Part shown: positions 1-9,951 of the stretch, piece by piece
How the letters are laid out: each line of letters opens with the position of its first letter
How positions within the stretch are numbered: position 1 is the stretch's first letter
Assembly: GCA_023251075.1 (NCBI GenBank)
Contig: JAHEZM010000009.1
Span: 25,394 to 89,393 of the forward strand
Length of the DNA stretch: 64,000 nt
Reading direction: 5' to 3'
DNA from: Flavobacteriales bacterium
Lineage (GTDB): Bacteria > Bacteroidota > Bacteroidia > Flavobacteriales_C > GCA-002722245
The notes under the pieces: generated by a model
Told to the model about the DNA's origin: nothing
Database searches by the model: none
The model's input: only the letters and a program-made list of their open reading frames with translations
Program-made: the position numbers and the translations under genes

Positions 1-1335
1 AAAAGTGATGTATTGGTTATGGGTATGTAAGCGATGATTTTTATCGAGAGTACTTTGATTCAATATATATTGATGATCGAAAGCTTTTTGAACATCACCT
101 GTACCTACCCCCACCATAGGGTCTTTTTCCACAATATCGAGTCCTGTTTTCCAGAAAACAAAACGCTGAGTTAAGGAGTTTCCGCTAGGGGAAGGATTGG
201 CAATATAGGCATCCGTTTCCCACATTAATTCTCGTATTCTTCTTCGCACCGGATTCATGTGAAGATTTAGCGCATTTGCATCTCCATTTTCAACATTATG
301 AATGTCTTCATCGCTCAGTTTGGCTAACGCTTCGGCATCTTTCTTCATTCCTAAAGAGGTGATGTATCGAATGAGCGTTTGCTCGAGAGGTTGATTTTTT
401 TTATCCGGTCCGTCGAAAAGGAGAGCGCTTCGTTTATTCCAGGCTTCTTTCAATTCTTGTCGGCAGATATAACGATTGATATAATATCCGTTTTCCTTTG
501 CGGTATTAGCCTCATTGTTGTAGTAGTAATTTCCTTTTGCCGTTTTCTGTATAGAAGCCATGCTTTCGTCTTTGGCAACAAAAATATCTCTTGCTTCAAC
601 AAAAAGATAAATAGCTACAACAGCGGCTAAAATGCTTGAAATATAAATGATTTTTGGCCCATCTTTTTTATACCGCCACCCCATTAACTTCATGAAAAGA
701 GGTAAGCCAATGATTAGCAAAATTCCTATTCCTGTAATGGATTCCATCATTACCAGATGTAAAAATAAAATGATGAAAGCTAAAAAGGAAAGCCAAAACG
801 ACAATAGTTTTTCTTTGTAGGCAACACAAAGGAGAGTGATAGAAAAACACGACATTAAACTAAAACGAATATGTGAAATGAAAGGAGAGAGATCGCGGAA
901 TTCACCCTTCCCCTCTATGTAATCGAGTTCCTGAAGAATAAATTTTCCTATACCTATCAATGCAACACACAAAGTGGCGAGTATAAAGAAGGAGAGTAAA
1001 TAGAGTAATTCTTTTTTGGTTAAGGGAGGTAAAGATCCTACTATGAAGGGGATAATGAAGAGAGGTAATTTAATTAAGATATCTCTTGAGGCATAATTGA
1101 AATCTTCGGTGTTGTAAAGAAAAACAAGATGTAAAAAAAGTAAAGCGCTTAGCCACCAAAGTATTCTATTTTTAATGAGCAGGGCTATTTTTTCTTTATA
1201 ATCGAAATGCAGTATCCAGGCCAAGCCTAAAACCATCTGCGAAATCGTCATGAAAGCCTTTGATAACGGGAGTGCTGCTGCAAATAAGCATAGTCCGAAA
1301 ATATAAAGATATCTGCTTACTGTTTTTAAATCCAT
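1..1335 (-). CDS. O-antigen ligase-like (Wzy_C family) polytopic membrane protein. The N-terminal ~445 codons are in the window and the gene continues past position 1.
   Basis: Manual minus-strand translation from ATG at 1335-1333 gives an uninterrupted frame to the window edge. About 8 hydrophobic helices are followed by a soluble loop and then '...GVGTGDVQKAFDHQYILNQSTLDKNHRLHTHNQYI', which resembles the HNxY(L/I) motif of O-antigen ligase/Wzy_C proteins. The gene is absent from the ORF track because it is truncated at the window edge. Confidence 0.5.
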   Translation of the reverse strand, partial: MDLKTVSRYLYIFGLCLFAAALPLSKAFMTISQMVLGLAWILHFDYKEKIALLIKNRILWWLSALLFLHLVFLYNTEDFNYASRDILIKLPLFIIPFIVGSLPPLTKKELLYLLSFFILATLCVALIGIGKFILQELDYIEGKGEFRDLSPFISHIRFSLMSCFSITLLCVAYKEKLLSFWLSFLAFIILFLHLVMMESITGIGILLIIGLPLFMKLMGWRYKKDGPKIIYISSILAAVVAIYLFVEARDIFVAKDESMASIQKTAKGNYYYNNEANTAKENGYYINRYICRQELKEAWNKRSALLFDGPDKKNQPLEQTLIRYITSLGMKKDAEALAKLSDEDIHNVENGDANALNLHMNPVRRRIRELMWETDAYIANPSPSGNSLTQRFVFWKTGLDIVEKDPMVGVGTGDVQKAFDHQYILNQSTLDKNHRLHTHNQYITF

Positions 1336-1350
1336 ACCCCTACTACGGTA

Positions 1351-3009
1351 TTATTTGTTGTAAGGATTTAAAACAGAGTTATATTTTTCTTGATTCAACA
1401 AAATATCGATGGCGGCTTTGATGTACTTGTCGTTTACCAAAGAGGCTTCCACTCTGCCTTTTTGGTAATAGTATCTACTCACAATTTCAGCCTTTAATAA
1501 TTCTTTGATTTCGTCTTTACAAAGATTCAAATCGTTGTTTTTTTGCGCTTGAAGTTTATGAATGAGTGCGTCGTATTCTAATTGTATAGCGTCCATGTAT
1601 TTTTCATCGCCTGCAGTTTTCTTGAAGTCGCTTAATACTTTTTCGCTGGTAGTAGAGTAGGAGTAGTCTTTATCGCTGATGTATTGCACAAATTCTTTGT
1701 ATAATTCTTCTGATATTTCAAATGTTTTAGCAGAACCTATAGTGCTGTGTTTTACGCAGTAGTCGGTAGCAAAATTAAAGATGTGATTCTTCTCTAATAA
1801 GGCGCCCAATAGGGGATTGTTTTTTTCTATTTCTATTTCAATGTCAGGTTTAATACCATCTCCATCTATCACTTCTCTCCCGTTTTTAGTTTTGAAAGTA
1901 GTTTTCAATGAATCGGCAATTTTTATTGCTTTCCCTTTGTCATCGCGGTGACCATAATCGATTTTCTGAATACATCTTCCGCTGGGAGTGTAGTATTTGG
2001 CAATAGTAACTTTAAGCATAGAATTGTAGCTTAAATTGTAAGTCCCTTGCACCAATCCTTTGCCGTAGGTTTTTTGTCCGATGATTACGGCTCTGTCTAA
2101 ATCTTGCAAACCACCGCTCACAATTTCCGATGCAGAAGCCGACCCGCCATCTACTAAAACAGTAAGTGGAAGTTTAGGCGCTATGGCTGAATTTAATGTT
2201 TTTCTTGATTCAGATAATTTCGTGTATTTGCCTTTAGTTTCAACGATGGTAGTACCTCTCTCCACAAAGAAATTTACAATATCAATCGACTCTCTCAATA
2301 ATCCACCGCCATTTCCGCGGAGGTCGAAAACCAATCCCTTCAATTCATTGTTTTTCATTAAATCCTGAAGAGCTTCTTTCACTTCTTTTCCTGCCTTTTC
2401 GGTAAATCCATTCAATTTAATGTATCCAATTCCATCTTTCAGCATAGCGTAGTAAGGAACACTTTTCACCTGAATTTCTTCCCTAATAATTTCAACGTCT
2501 AAAGGATTGTTAACGCCAGGGCGCTCGATTTTTACTTTCACTTTACTGCCCGGTTCGCCTTTCAATATTTTGCTAAGGTCTCCTACATTTTTTCCTTTGG
2601 CAGAAAGTCCGTTTACTTCCAATATTTTATCGCCCGCTTTTAACCCTGCTTTTTGTGCAGCGAATCCTTCGTAAGGTTCGGAGATCACGCAATAATCCCC
2701 AATTTTATGCACCGCCGATCCAATACCTCCATATTGTCCGGTTTGCATGAATTTATAGTCTTCAATTTCTGCTTCAGGGTAGTAGTTGGTGTAAGGATCC
2801 AATGATTCCAACATGGCGTCGATTCCGGTTTTCATTAATTTTCCCGGATCGGTTTCATCTACATAACGCATATTGAGTTCCCGGTAGAGAGAGGCAAAAA
2901 TGTCGAGGTTTTTAGATAATTCAAATTGATCGGTATTGTTTGTAAATGCTACTGTGGTGAGCATCACAATCACCGAAATTCCTATAAATATTTTTCTTTT
3001 CATCTTCAT
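1351..3009 (-). CDS. ctpA: S41-family carboxyl-terminal processing (tail-specific) protease with PDZ domain
   Basis: 552 aa with a signal peptide. It has a PDZ-like 'GLKAGDKILEVNGLS' segment and the S41 catalytic region 'GLVFDLRGNGGGLL...VLVDGGSASASEIVSGGLQD' plus 'TPSGRCIQKIDY'. Confidence 0.85.
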   Translation of the reverse strand: MKMKRKIFIGISVIVMLTTVAFTNNTDQFELSKNLDIFASLYRELNMRYVDETDPGKLMKTGIDAMLESLDPYTNYYPEAEIEDYKFMQTGQYGGIGSAVHKIGDYCVISEPYEGFAAQKAGLKAGDKILEVNGLSAKGKNVGDLSKILKGEPGSKVKVKIERPGVNNPLDVEIIREEIQVKSVPYYAMLKDGIGYIKLNGFTEKAGKEVKEALQDLMKNNELKGLVFDLRGNGGGLLRESIDIVNFFVERGTTIVETKGKYTKLSESRKTLNSAIAPKLPLTVLVDGGSASASEIVSGGLQDLDRAVIIGQKTYGKGLVQGTYNLSYNSMLKVTIAKYYTPSGRCIQKIDYGHRDDKGKAIKIADSLKTTFKTKNGREVIDGDGIKPDIEIEIEKNNPLLGALLEKNHIFNFATDYCVKHSTIGSAKTFEISEELYKEFVQYISDKDYSYSTTSEKVLSDFKKTAGDEKYMDAIQLEYDALIHKLQAQKNNDLNLCKDEIKELLKAEIVSRYYYQKGRVEASLVNDKYIKAAIDILLNQEKYNSVLNPYNK

Positions 3010-3020
3010 TAAAAATTATA

Positions 3021-3251
3021 TTATGGTACCGGGTCGAATCCTTTTCCTCCCCAGGGATGACAACTACCAAATCTCTTCGCCGATAGCCATGATCCTCGTA
3101 TAATACCGTGTTTATTCAGTGCTTCCACTGCATAATGCGAGCAAGTAGGTTCGTATCTGCACTTTGCTCCTAAATAAGGAGAAATCATGCCTTGGTACAA
3201 ACGAACCAATCCTATCAGCACTTTGAGAATGAATTTACGCAATAGTTTCAT
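3021..3251 (-). CDS. yidD: membrane protein insertion efficiency factor YidD
   Basis: 76 aa containing '[46 protein letters not shown]', the canonical YidD Cys/His motif. It overlaps rnpA by 17 bp, which is the conserved rnpA-yidD arrangement. Confidence 0.9.
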   Translation of the reverse strand: MKLLRKFILKVLIGLVRLYQGMISPYLGAKCRYEPTCSHYAVEALNKHGIIRGSWLSAKRFGSCHPWGGKGFDPVP

Positions 3252-3621
3252 TTAATTGTTGAATCAGTTGAATCATTTTTTTTTCTAGTGCAACACTGTC
3301 CATATCTTCCTTCCCCACATAAATAAGTAAAATCGCTACATTAATGTTCTTTTCTTGTAAAGACGTATAAAGCAAAGATTTATTTTTTCTGTAAGCTTCT
3401 CGTATTTTTCTTTTTATGTAATTTCTATCGTGTGCTTTTTTGAAAGATCTTTTAGGAACAGTAATGCATATTTGTGCTGGAAATTTGGTGTTTAGATCTT
3501 CCTTCTGCCATAATATTTTGTAAGGATAGCAGGTTATTCCTTTGTTCTTTTGAAATAAAGAACTAATTGTTTTCCTACTAACTAACTTTTCGCTTTTGTG
3601 AAATGTTTGCATGTGCATCAT
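3235..3621 (-). CDS. rnpA: ribonuclease P protein component
   Basis: 128 aa basic protein with '[22 protein letters not shown]' (RnpA RNR-like motif). It lies directly upstream of yidD. Confidence 0.85.
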   Translation of the reverse strand: MMHMQTFHKSEKLVSRKTISSLFQKNKGITCYPYKILWQKEDLNTKFPAQICITVPKRSFKKAHDRNYIKRKIREAYRKNKSLLYTSLQEKNINVAILLIYVGKEDMDSVALEKKMIQLIQQLNETIA

Positions 3622-3675
3622 TCAAGATTACAAAATTTTAAACAGTTTTCTTTGGTTAGAAGGGAAAGAATAGAA

Positions 3676-4965
3676 TTATAGATTTAAAATATTATTTAGA
3701 ATTAATTCAGCTGCTTTATTCTGATAGTACCAAAGACCATTGGTTTGGCCAGTAAAGGAAGGTTCTCCTCCTGCGTTGGCTTTTGGAATGAATCCGGAAG
3801 CCAGTCCAACTCCAAATAAGTTGGGTATCAATTGCCCTTGCTCATTGAGTAGATTGCAATGATCGTTCACCCAATGAAAGGAAGTGCTGCCGTAATAATA
3901 AATAGGATCATGCGATTCATTATAGGTATCTACCATATTAAAACGATAACCTAATGCGTGGATAATTAGGTCGGCTGATTTTAGTTCTTCATTTAACTTG
4001 TGTGCTTGATTAGAAATTAAGTTAAAAGTCACTCTTTTTTCTATTTCTTCGTCACCTAATACAAGCATTTTACGGTAAAGCTGTCGACCATTCATTCGCA
4101 ACCCTGCAAGGCGAAAAACCCTGTGGGTAATCGGACAAATATCACTTTCTGTAAAGTCATCATATTGATCAATTTGTGCGTCTTCCTTGCTCAAATAGAA
4201 TAGTTTAGGTTTTGTGTTTGCCCAAATATGTACACTATTATCCTTTAAGTTCTTATTTGCTTTTATCAAATAGTCGGCGACAGAAAAGGCGCTATGACTT
4301 CCTCCCAATATTATTATTTTTGATTTGGACCTCATCTTTGCAATCAAATCGTTTGATTTTCCCTGAATGATATCATGTGCATTTATTGTTTTTTTTGAAT
4401 GTGCTTTTAAGTCAATGCCATCCCTAAAATTAAATTCGTCCTGCAATCCATTAACCGATATACCTCCCGTAGCGATGATTAGGTGTTTGGCACTAATTAT
4501 ACTTCCATTATTGAGAAAAACATCAAATTCATTGTTCTTTTTGATGACAATTTTTTGAGCAGTAGTGCGAAGAAATAGCTTGCATTGAACGTTAGTGGCG
4601 AAGAAATTCTCTATTAATTTTCCTAAAGATTGAAGGAAGGTGTGCAATGCATTCAATGGAATTGGTGACCCTGCATACTTTTTAATTTCTGTAATTTCAT
4701 TTTGCAGTTGAGCAAGAGGAAGGTAATTATTAGTAGATCCCTGAGTACATTCAAGAAAAACGTCGGAAAGCGTGTCGCTCTCCACCAAAAACTTTGTAAT
4801 TGAACCCACTAATAGGTCTGAGGAAGATTCCACTAAAGCTATTCCGCCATCAGCATATTCTTCAAAAGAATTGTCTTTCATAGCTTTTAGAATTGTTCCT
4901 GTGCCTGCTGGCCCGCCACCAATTATTGCTACTTTAACTTTGATACAAGTGGATACTTTGTTCAT
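3676..4965 (-). CDS. FAD/NAD(P)-binding oxidoreductase (Rossmann dinucleotide-binding fold, function unknown)
   Basis: 'KVAIIGGGPAGTGTILKAM' is a GxGxxG dinucleotide-binding motif at the N-terminus. The ORF track extends the start to 5007. An internal Met at 4965 directly abuts the upstream GT4 stop (4962), so I prefer 4965. Confidence 0.6.
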   Translation of the reverse strand: MNKVSTCIKVKVAIIGGGPAGTGTILKAMKDNSFEEYADGGIALVESSSDLLVGSITKFLVESDTLSDVFLECTQGSTNNYLPLAQLQNEITEIKKYAGSPIPLNALHTFLQSLGKLIENFFATNVQCKLFLRTTAQKIVIKKNNEFDVFLNNGSIISAKHLIIATGGISVNGLQDEFNFRDGIDLKAHSKKTINAHDIIQGKSNDLIAKMRSKSKIIILGGSHSAFSVADYLIKANKNLKDNSVHIWANTKPKLFYLSKEDAQIDQYDDFTESDICPITHRVFRLAGLRMNGRQLYRKMLVLGDEEIEKRVTFNLISNQAHKLNEELKSADLIIHALGYRFNMVDTYNESHDPIYYYGSTSFHWVNDHCNLLNEQGQLIPNLFGVGLASGFIPKANAGGEPSFTGQTNGLWYYQNKAAELILNNILNL

Positions 4966-6161
4966 TTGGTGATAATTTGCATTAAATTTTCGTTGTGAGC
5001 AGACCAAGAAAAATTTTGATGAATAAATTCAAAAGCTCTTTCTGCCAAATTATTTCTTGCTAAAGGATCTTCCAATAAAGTACTAATGTGTGCTGCAAGT
5101 TCTTCCGGACTTGATCCTATTAATAAAACGTTGGCGTGTTGGGCATTAATTCCTTTTGCCGCTTCAGGGGTAACAACTGTTGGCATTTTCATTGCCATAC
5201 TTTGTAACACTTTGTTTTGTAAACCAATACTTGTAATTACGGGAACAATGTTAATTAAACATTGAGCATATGCCTCGCTAATATGACTGAATTTACCTTC
5301 AACATAGATGTTTCTGCTTTGGAGCTTTAGTAGTTTTTTAGGGGGATTTACACCAGCTATTAACAGTTTGATGTTTGGGTCTTTTTTCAAGAGCAAAGGC
5401 AGTACTTGGGTAGCTGCAAAATTGGCTGCATCTCTGTTTGGAGGATAGCCCATGTTACCGGAAAAAAGCAAATCGTATTTTTTTTCGGCGTTGCTTGGTT
5501 TGTATAAACTGAAATCAACGCCATTGGGAATAACATGCATTTTTTCTAAGACGGGGTTAAAAGATAATTTGTCTTGCTCTGATATAATGATATGTTGATG
5601 AAAGTATGGATAGATATGATTTTCATAAGCAATCAATCGTTTGTATTCAAAGCGATACAGCCACGTTAGAAAGTGGTTAGATGAATTCTTAATCTTCAAT
5701 TCAAACCCTTTGGAAAAGCAATCCATATAATCAATTGTTTTTCTATGGACAGGAAAATCTTTAACGTATTCTGAAGTTCTAATTAAGTGACTATATATCA
5801 CATCGGGTTTAATTTCACGAATGTAAGTGGTAATTTTTTTCTTTGTTGCTGACGAATAAAAGTATTGAACCTGTAAAGGTCTTTTGTTTAAAAAGAAAAG
5901 AAATAAATTAAAAATGCGCTTAATCAAGGGGATAGTAAATACCTTAACCGAAGTAAGCGATTGAAATTGCAATAGATCTTCAGGTTTTGGTGGTGTTTCA
6001 TTAATTGCAATTAAGTTAACATCATGATGTTTAGCCAAAAAAAGTATTTGATGGTAGATGCGCAATTTATCTCCTTTTTCTAGGGGATACGGAAAGCGTG
6101 AAGTGATTATAACAATCCTAGCCAAAATTAGGTGTATTAGACAGCAGCTGCAATATATCAA
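4962..6161 (-). CDS. family-4 (GT-B, group 1) glycosyltransferase
   Basis: 399 aa with an N-terminal 'IVIITSRFPYPLEKGDKLRIYHQILFL' GT4 N-domain and a C-terminal 'GVNPPKK...EGKFSHISEAYAQC...TPEAAKGINAQHANVLL' retaining-GT signature region. Confidence 0.8.
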   Translation of the reverse strand: MIYCSCCLIHLILARIVIITSRFPYPLEKGDKLRIYHQILFLAKHHDVNLIAINETPPKPEDLLQFQSLTSVKVFTIPLIKRIFNLFLFFLNKRPLQVQYFYSSATKKKITTYIREIKPDVIYSHLIRTSEYVKDFPVHRKTIDYMDCFSKGFELKIKNSSNHFLTWLYRFEYKRLIAYENHIYPYFHQHIIISEQDKLSFNPVLEKMHVIPNGVDFSLYKPSNAEKKYDLLFSGNMGYPPNRDAANFAATQVLPLLLKKDPNIKLLIAGVNPPKKLLKLQSRNIYVEGKFSHISEAYAQCLINIVPVITSIGLQNKVLQSMAMKMPTVVTPEAAKGINAQHANVLLIGSSPEELAAHISTLLEDPLARNNLAERAFEFIHQNFSWSAHNENLMQIITK

Positions 6162-6280
6162 ATTTATTTATTTTGATATGCATAATAATTCTTGTCTAGT
6201 AATTCATCGTTCTGTAATTTGGTTTTTATCATAAAAAAATCAAACATTTATTATCTTAGCGCCACTCAAAAAAGAAAATT

Positions 6281-6988
6281 ATGGGAAGAGCATTTGAATT
6301 CCGCAAAGCGAGAAAATTTAAGCGTTGGGCTGCAATGGCCAAAACCTTTACGCGTATTGGTAAAGACATTGTAATGGCAGTAAAAGCCGGTGGACCGGAT
6401 CCTGAAACCAACTCACGTTTGCGTGCGATTATTCAAAATGCAAAGGCTGCAAACATGCCTAAAGACAATGTTCTCCGAGCAATAAAAAATGCTTCCGATA
6501 AAGATACAGCTGATTATAAAGAGATTGTTTACGAGGGATATGCCATGCATGGTATCGCGGTATTGGTGGAAACCGCTACCAACAATCATGTGAGAACTGT
6601 TGCGAACGTAAGAAGTTATTTCAATAAATGTGGCGGAACCTTTGGAACGACTGGTTCCGTGTCTTTTATGTTCGACCATAATTGCAATTTTAAAATCAAA
6701 AAAGACGGTTTAGATGCGGAGGAATTGGAGTTGGAATTGATCGATTTCGGAGCAGAAGAAGTTTTTGTGGAAGAAGATGGAATATTGATTTACGGCCCGT
6801 TTGAAAGCTTTGGAGCAATTCAAGGAGAGCTGGAAAAAAGAGGAATTGAAATTATTTCTTCGGGCTTTGAGCGTATTCCCAATATTACCAAAGAACTTAC
6901 AGAGGCAGAAGCGGAAGATGTAAGTAAATTAATAGAGAAAATTGAAGAGGATGACGATGTGCAGAATGTTTACACAACAATGGTTTAA
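6281..6988 (+). CDS. yebC: YebC/PmpR-family DNA-binding transcriptional regulator
   Basis: 235 aa. 'MGRAFEFRKARKFKRWAAMAKTFTRIGKDI...GGPDPETNSRLRAIIQNAKAANMPKDNVLRAIK' matches the highly conserved YebC N-terminus. Confidence 0.9.
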   Translation: MGRAFEFRKARKFKRWAAMAKTFTRIGKDIVMAVKAGGPDPETNSRLRAIIQNAKAANMPKDNVLRAIKNASDKDTADYKEIVYEGYAMHGIAVLVETATNNHVRTVANVRSYFNKCGGTFGTTGSVSFMFDHNCNFKIKKDGLDAEELELELIDFGAEEVFVEEDGILIYGPFESFGAIQGELEKRGIEIISSGFERIPNITKELTEAEAEDVSKLIEKIEEDDDVQNVYTTMV

Positions 6989-7456
6989 TTGATTTTTATG
7001 AGAAAAATTTTCTTTTTATTGAGTTTGGGTCTTACGTTTTTTGCTTGTTCTGAAACCAAGGAAAAGGCAAAAGAAACCATTAATGCAGGTGGTGAAATGG
7101 TAGGTAAAACAGTGGGGGAATTTAGTAAAGGAGTTTCTACAGGAGTGGACGAAACCTTTGAAATAAAAATTGATGCAGCCAAAGAATTGAGCGAGGAAGG
7201 ATTATCGTTGGGGAAAATTGAATTGAAATCAATTAATGGCGGCACCGATAATTTGGTAAATGCATATTTGATTTTTGGAAAAGATTTCAAGAAAACTTTG
7301 ATTTTAAAAGCATTTGACAGTAAGAATTTGGAGATGGGAAGAAGTGTTTTAAAAATTAAGGCCAATGCAAATGATGCTTCATTTTATGGCTTTGCTTTGG
7401 ATACCTTAACCAACATTGATGCAGATAGCAAACTTACCCTGGAGCTTGGGAAATAA
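6989..7456 (+). CDS. hypothetical lipoprotein
   Basis: 155 aa with a signal peptide and lipobox 'LTFFAC|SETK'. No recognisable catalytic motif. Confidence 0.5.
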   Translation: MIFMRKIFFLLSLGLTFFACSETKEKAKETINAGGEMVGKTVGEFSKGVSTGVDETFEIKIDAAKELSEEGLSLGKIELKSINGGTDNLVNAYLIFGKDFKKTLILKAFDSKNLEMGRSVLKIKANANDASFYGFALDTLTNIDADSKLTLELGK

Positions 7457-8238
7457 TGATTAAGCTCATCATCACCGATTTAGACGGCACTTTACTTAAC
7501 GACGAAAAAACGTTATCTCCTGTTTTTTGGGAAACAGAACAGTTAATTCACGATAAAGGAATTTTATTTTCTATCGCCAGTGGCCGCCAGTTTCACAATC
7601 TTTTAGAGAAGTTCGACCGCATTAAAGACCGCACGCTTTTTATTGCTGAAAATGGTACTTACGTTAGTTATCAAGGCAAAGAAATTTTTATAAATGCTTT
7701 AGGCAAAGCAGAGGCAAATCGCTTGACGGAGATAGGAAAAAAACTTTCCGGATCGCATATGATTTTGTGTGGTAAGAATTCAGCTTACACCGAAAGCGCT
7801 GATTCACGCTTCTTAGCAGAAGCCCGAAAGTATTATAGTCGTTTACAAATTGTAAATGATTTAAGCCTTGTTGAAGACGATGTTTTAAAAGTCACCATTT
7901 GCGATTTTAGCGGAGCAGAAAAACTTCGCGTTCATTTTCAACCCTATGAGAAAGAATATCAAATAGCATTGGCCACCAAAATATGGCTCGACTTCACGCA
8001 TCTCTCTGCCAACAAGGGAACTGCGATAGCTAAGGTTCAACAAGAATTAGAAATTTCTGTTGATGAAACAATGGTTTTTGGCGATTATTTGAACGACCTT
8101 GAAATGATGAAATCGGCGAAGCATTCATACGCCATGAAAAATGGACATCCACAAATTATTGAAGCAGCGAATTTTATAACTGAATTTGATAATAACAATG
8201 AAGGGGTGGAGAGAACGGTGAGAAAGGTGTGTTTGTAG
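7456..8238 (+). CDS. Cof-type HAD-IIB family hydrolase (sugar phosphatase-like)
   Basis: 260 aa. 'LIITDLDGTLL' is HAD motif I (DxDGT), 'SIASGRQ' is motif II, and the C-terminal 'FGDYLNDLEMM' is motif IV. Confidence 0.85.
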   Translation: MIKLIITDLDGTLLNDEKTLSPVFWETEQLIHDKGILFSIASGRQFHNLLEKFDRIKDRTLFIAENGTYVSYQGKEIFINALGKAEANRLTEIGKKLSGSHMILCGKNSAYTESADSRFLAEARKYYSRLQIVNDLSLVEDDVLKVTICDFSGAEKLRVHFQPYEKEYQIALATKIWLDFTHLSANKGTAIAKVQQELEISVDETMVFGDYLNDLEMMKSAKHSYAMKNGHPQIIEAANFITEFDNNNEGVERTVRKVCL

Positions 8239-8248
8239 CGAGTCTTTT

Positions 8249-8277
8249 TTCAATTGCCGTCGGTTTCAACCGACGGT
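8249..8277 (+). terminator. stem-loop downstream of the HAD hydrolase gene (putative terminator)
   Basis: 'attGccgtcgg-tttcaa-ccgacggTaat' forms a 10/11-bp stem with a 6-nt loop, 11 nt after the stop codon. There is no strong T-run, which is common in Bacteroidota. Confidence 0.4.
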
Positions 8278-8421
8278 AATTGATTGCCGGATTTGCCGCA
8301 AGAAATCAACAATTCCCAAAACTTTTCAACAGCCTTTAAAATACCGGCGTTTTAATTGAGATGCCCCGTGCTATTTTCGTAGCTTCGCACAGTATTTTCA
8401 ACAAAGACTAGCAATTTAAAA

Positions 8422-9945
8422 ATGAGTGAGTTAAGAAAAATTGAAGGGGCCTTGATTTCTGTGTTTGATAAAGATAATCTGGAGCCTATTGTTCGTGAGT
8501 TAAATCGTTTGGGAGTAACCATTTATTCTACAGGCGGAACACAAACTTTTATTGAGGAATTAGGCATCTCTGTGGTGCCAGTAGAAGATCTTACTTCTTA
8601 TCCTTCAATTTTAGGTGGTAGAGTGAAAACTTTGCATCCTAAAGTTTTCGGTGGAATTTTGGGAAGAAGAGAGTTGCAATCTGATATCGCTCAGTTGGAG
8701 CAGTATGAGATTCCTCCTCTCGATTTAGTGATTGTTGATTTATATCCATTTGAAAAAACTGTAGCTTCAGGTGCGTCACATAGCGATATCATCGAGAAAA
8801 TTGACATTGGTGGAATTTCTTTGATTCGTGCAGCAGCTAAAAATCATAAAGATGTGGTGATCGTTCCGTCGAAAGAGCAATATCCAACTTTGCTTTCATT
8901 GCTGAAAGACAAACAAGGAAATACAGATTTGGAAGACCGTAAAGCTTTGGCTAAATCGGCTTTCAACGTTAGTTCTCATTACGACACTGCTATTTTCAAT
9001 TATTTCAACAACGATGAAGAGCCTGTGTTGAAACAGTCTATTCAATCTTCGAAAGTGTTGCGTTATGGTGAAAATCCTCACCAAAAAGGAATTTTCTATG
9101 GCAAGCTCGAAGACATGTTCGAGCAAGTGCAAGGAAAAGAATTATCGTACAACAACTTGTTAGATGTTGATGCTGCGGTGAATCTTATCGCAGAATTTAA
9201 AGACACTACTTTCGCTATCTTGAAACACAATAATGCTTGTGGTGTTGCTACTCGTTCCACTGTGTTAGAAGCATGGAAAGTAGCTTTAGCTGGCGACCCT
9301 GTTTCTGCTTTTGGAGGAGTGTTAATCACCAATGCTAAAATTGATAAAGCAAGTGCCGAGGAGATCAGTAAGCTTTTCTTCGAAGTGGTGATTGCTCCTG
9401 CTTATGAAGAGGCTGCTATAGAGATTTTGAAAGCGAAGAAAAACAGAATCATCTTAATTCAAAAGCCTGTTGCTTTAAGTAAAAAAACAGTGCGTACTGC
9501 ATTGAATGGTGTGTTGGAACAAGATAAAGATGCGGTGATGGAAAGTGCTGCAGACTTAACTTCCGTGACGGACAGAAAACCAACAGAACAAGAAATTGCC
9601 GACTTATTATTTGCCGCTAAAATTTGCAAACACACGAAATCGAATACTATCGTTTTCGCGAAAGACAATACTTTGATTTCAAGTGGTACCGGACAAACTT
9701 CACGTGTTGACGCCTTGCGTCAGGCGGTTGTTAAAGCCAATGAGTTTGGCTTCAGTTTGCAAGGTGCTGCAATGGCATCGGATGCTTTTTTCCCTTTTCC
9801 CGATTGTGTGGAATTGGCCAAAAATGCCGGAATTACTGCGGTAATTCAACCAGGAGGTTCTATAAAAGATCAAGAGTCTATCGACTACTGCAACAAAAAT
9901 GGAGTAGCGATGGTGATGACAGGAATTAGACATTTTAAACATTAA
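8422..9945 (+). CDS. purH: bifunctional AICAR formyltransferase / IMP cyclohydrolase
   Basis: 507 aa. The N-terminal MGS-like domain 'ALISVFDKDNLEPIVRELNRLGVTIYSTGGT' and the AICARFT core 'LRYGENPHQ' are diagnostic. Confidence 0.95.
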   Translation: MSELRKIEGALISVFDKDNLEPIVRELNRLGVTIYSTGGTQTFIEELGISVVPVEDLTSYPSILGGRVKTLHPKVFGGILGRRELQSDIAQLEQYEIPPLDLVIVDLYPFEKTVASGASHSDIIEKIDIGGISLIRAAAKNHKDVVIVPSKEQYPTLLSLLKDKQGNTDLEDRKALAKSAFNVSSHYDTAIFNYFNNDEEPVLKQSIQSSKVLRYGENPHQKGIFYGKLEDMFEQVQGKELSYNNLLDVDAAVNLIAEFKDTTFAILKHNNACGVATRSTVLEAWKVALAGDPVSAFGGVLITNAKIDKASAEEISKLFFEVVIAPAYEEAAIEILKAKKNRIILIQKPVALSKKTVRTALNGVLEQDKDAVMESAADLTSVTDRKPTEQEIADLLFAAKICKHTKSNTIVFAKDNTLISSGTGQTSRVDALRQAVVKANEFGFSLQGAAMASDAFFPFPDCVELAKNAGITAVIQPGGSIKDQESIDYCNKNGVAMVMTGIRHFKH

Positions 9946-9951
9946 AATACT

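Noticed and set aside
379-850. ORF-track CDSs 379..630 (+) and 668..850 (-)
   Set aside because: Both fall inside the long uninterrupted minus-strand frame starting at 1335 (the O-antigen ligase-like membrane protein, truncated by the window edge). The 668..850 ORF is just an internal Met-to-stop segment of that gene.
3622-3675. Expected rpmH (ribosomal protein L34) upstream of rnpA
   Set aside because: Only 54 bp separate rnpA from the next gene. No L34-like ORF is present, so rpmH must be elsewhere.
8239-8421. Possible ZTP (pfl) or other riboswitch in the 182-nt leader of purH
   Set aside because: purH is a classic ZTP-riboswitch target. I could not find the conserved pfl-motif elements (for example the 3' CCUGGGC pseudoknot partner). 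The only clear structure is a hairpin directly after the upstream HAD gene. A covariance-model scan (Rfam RF01750) would settle this. Without it there is no support.
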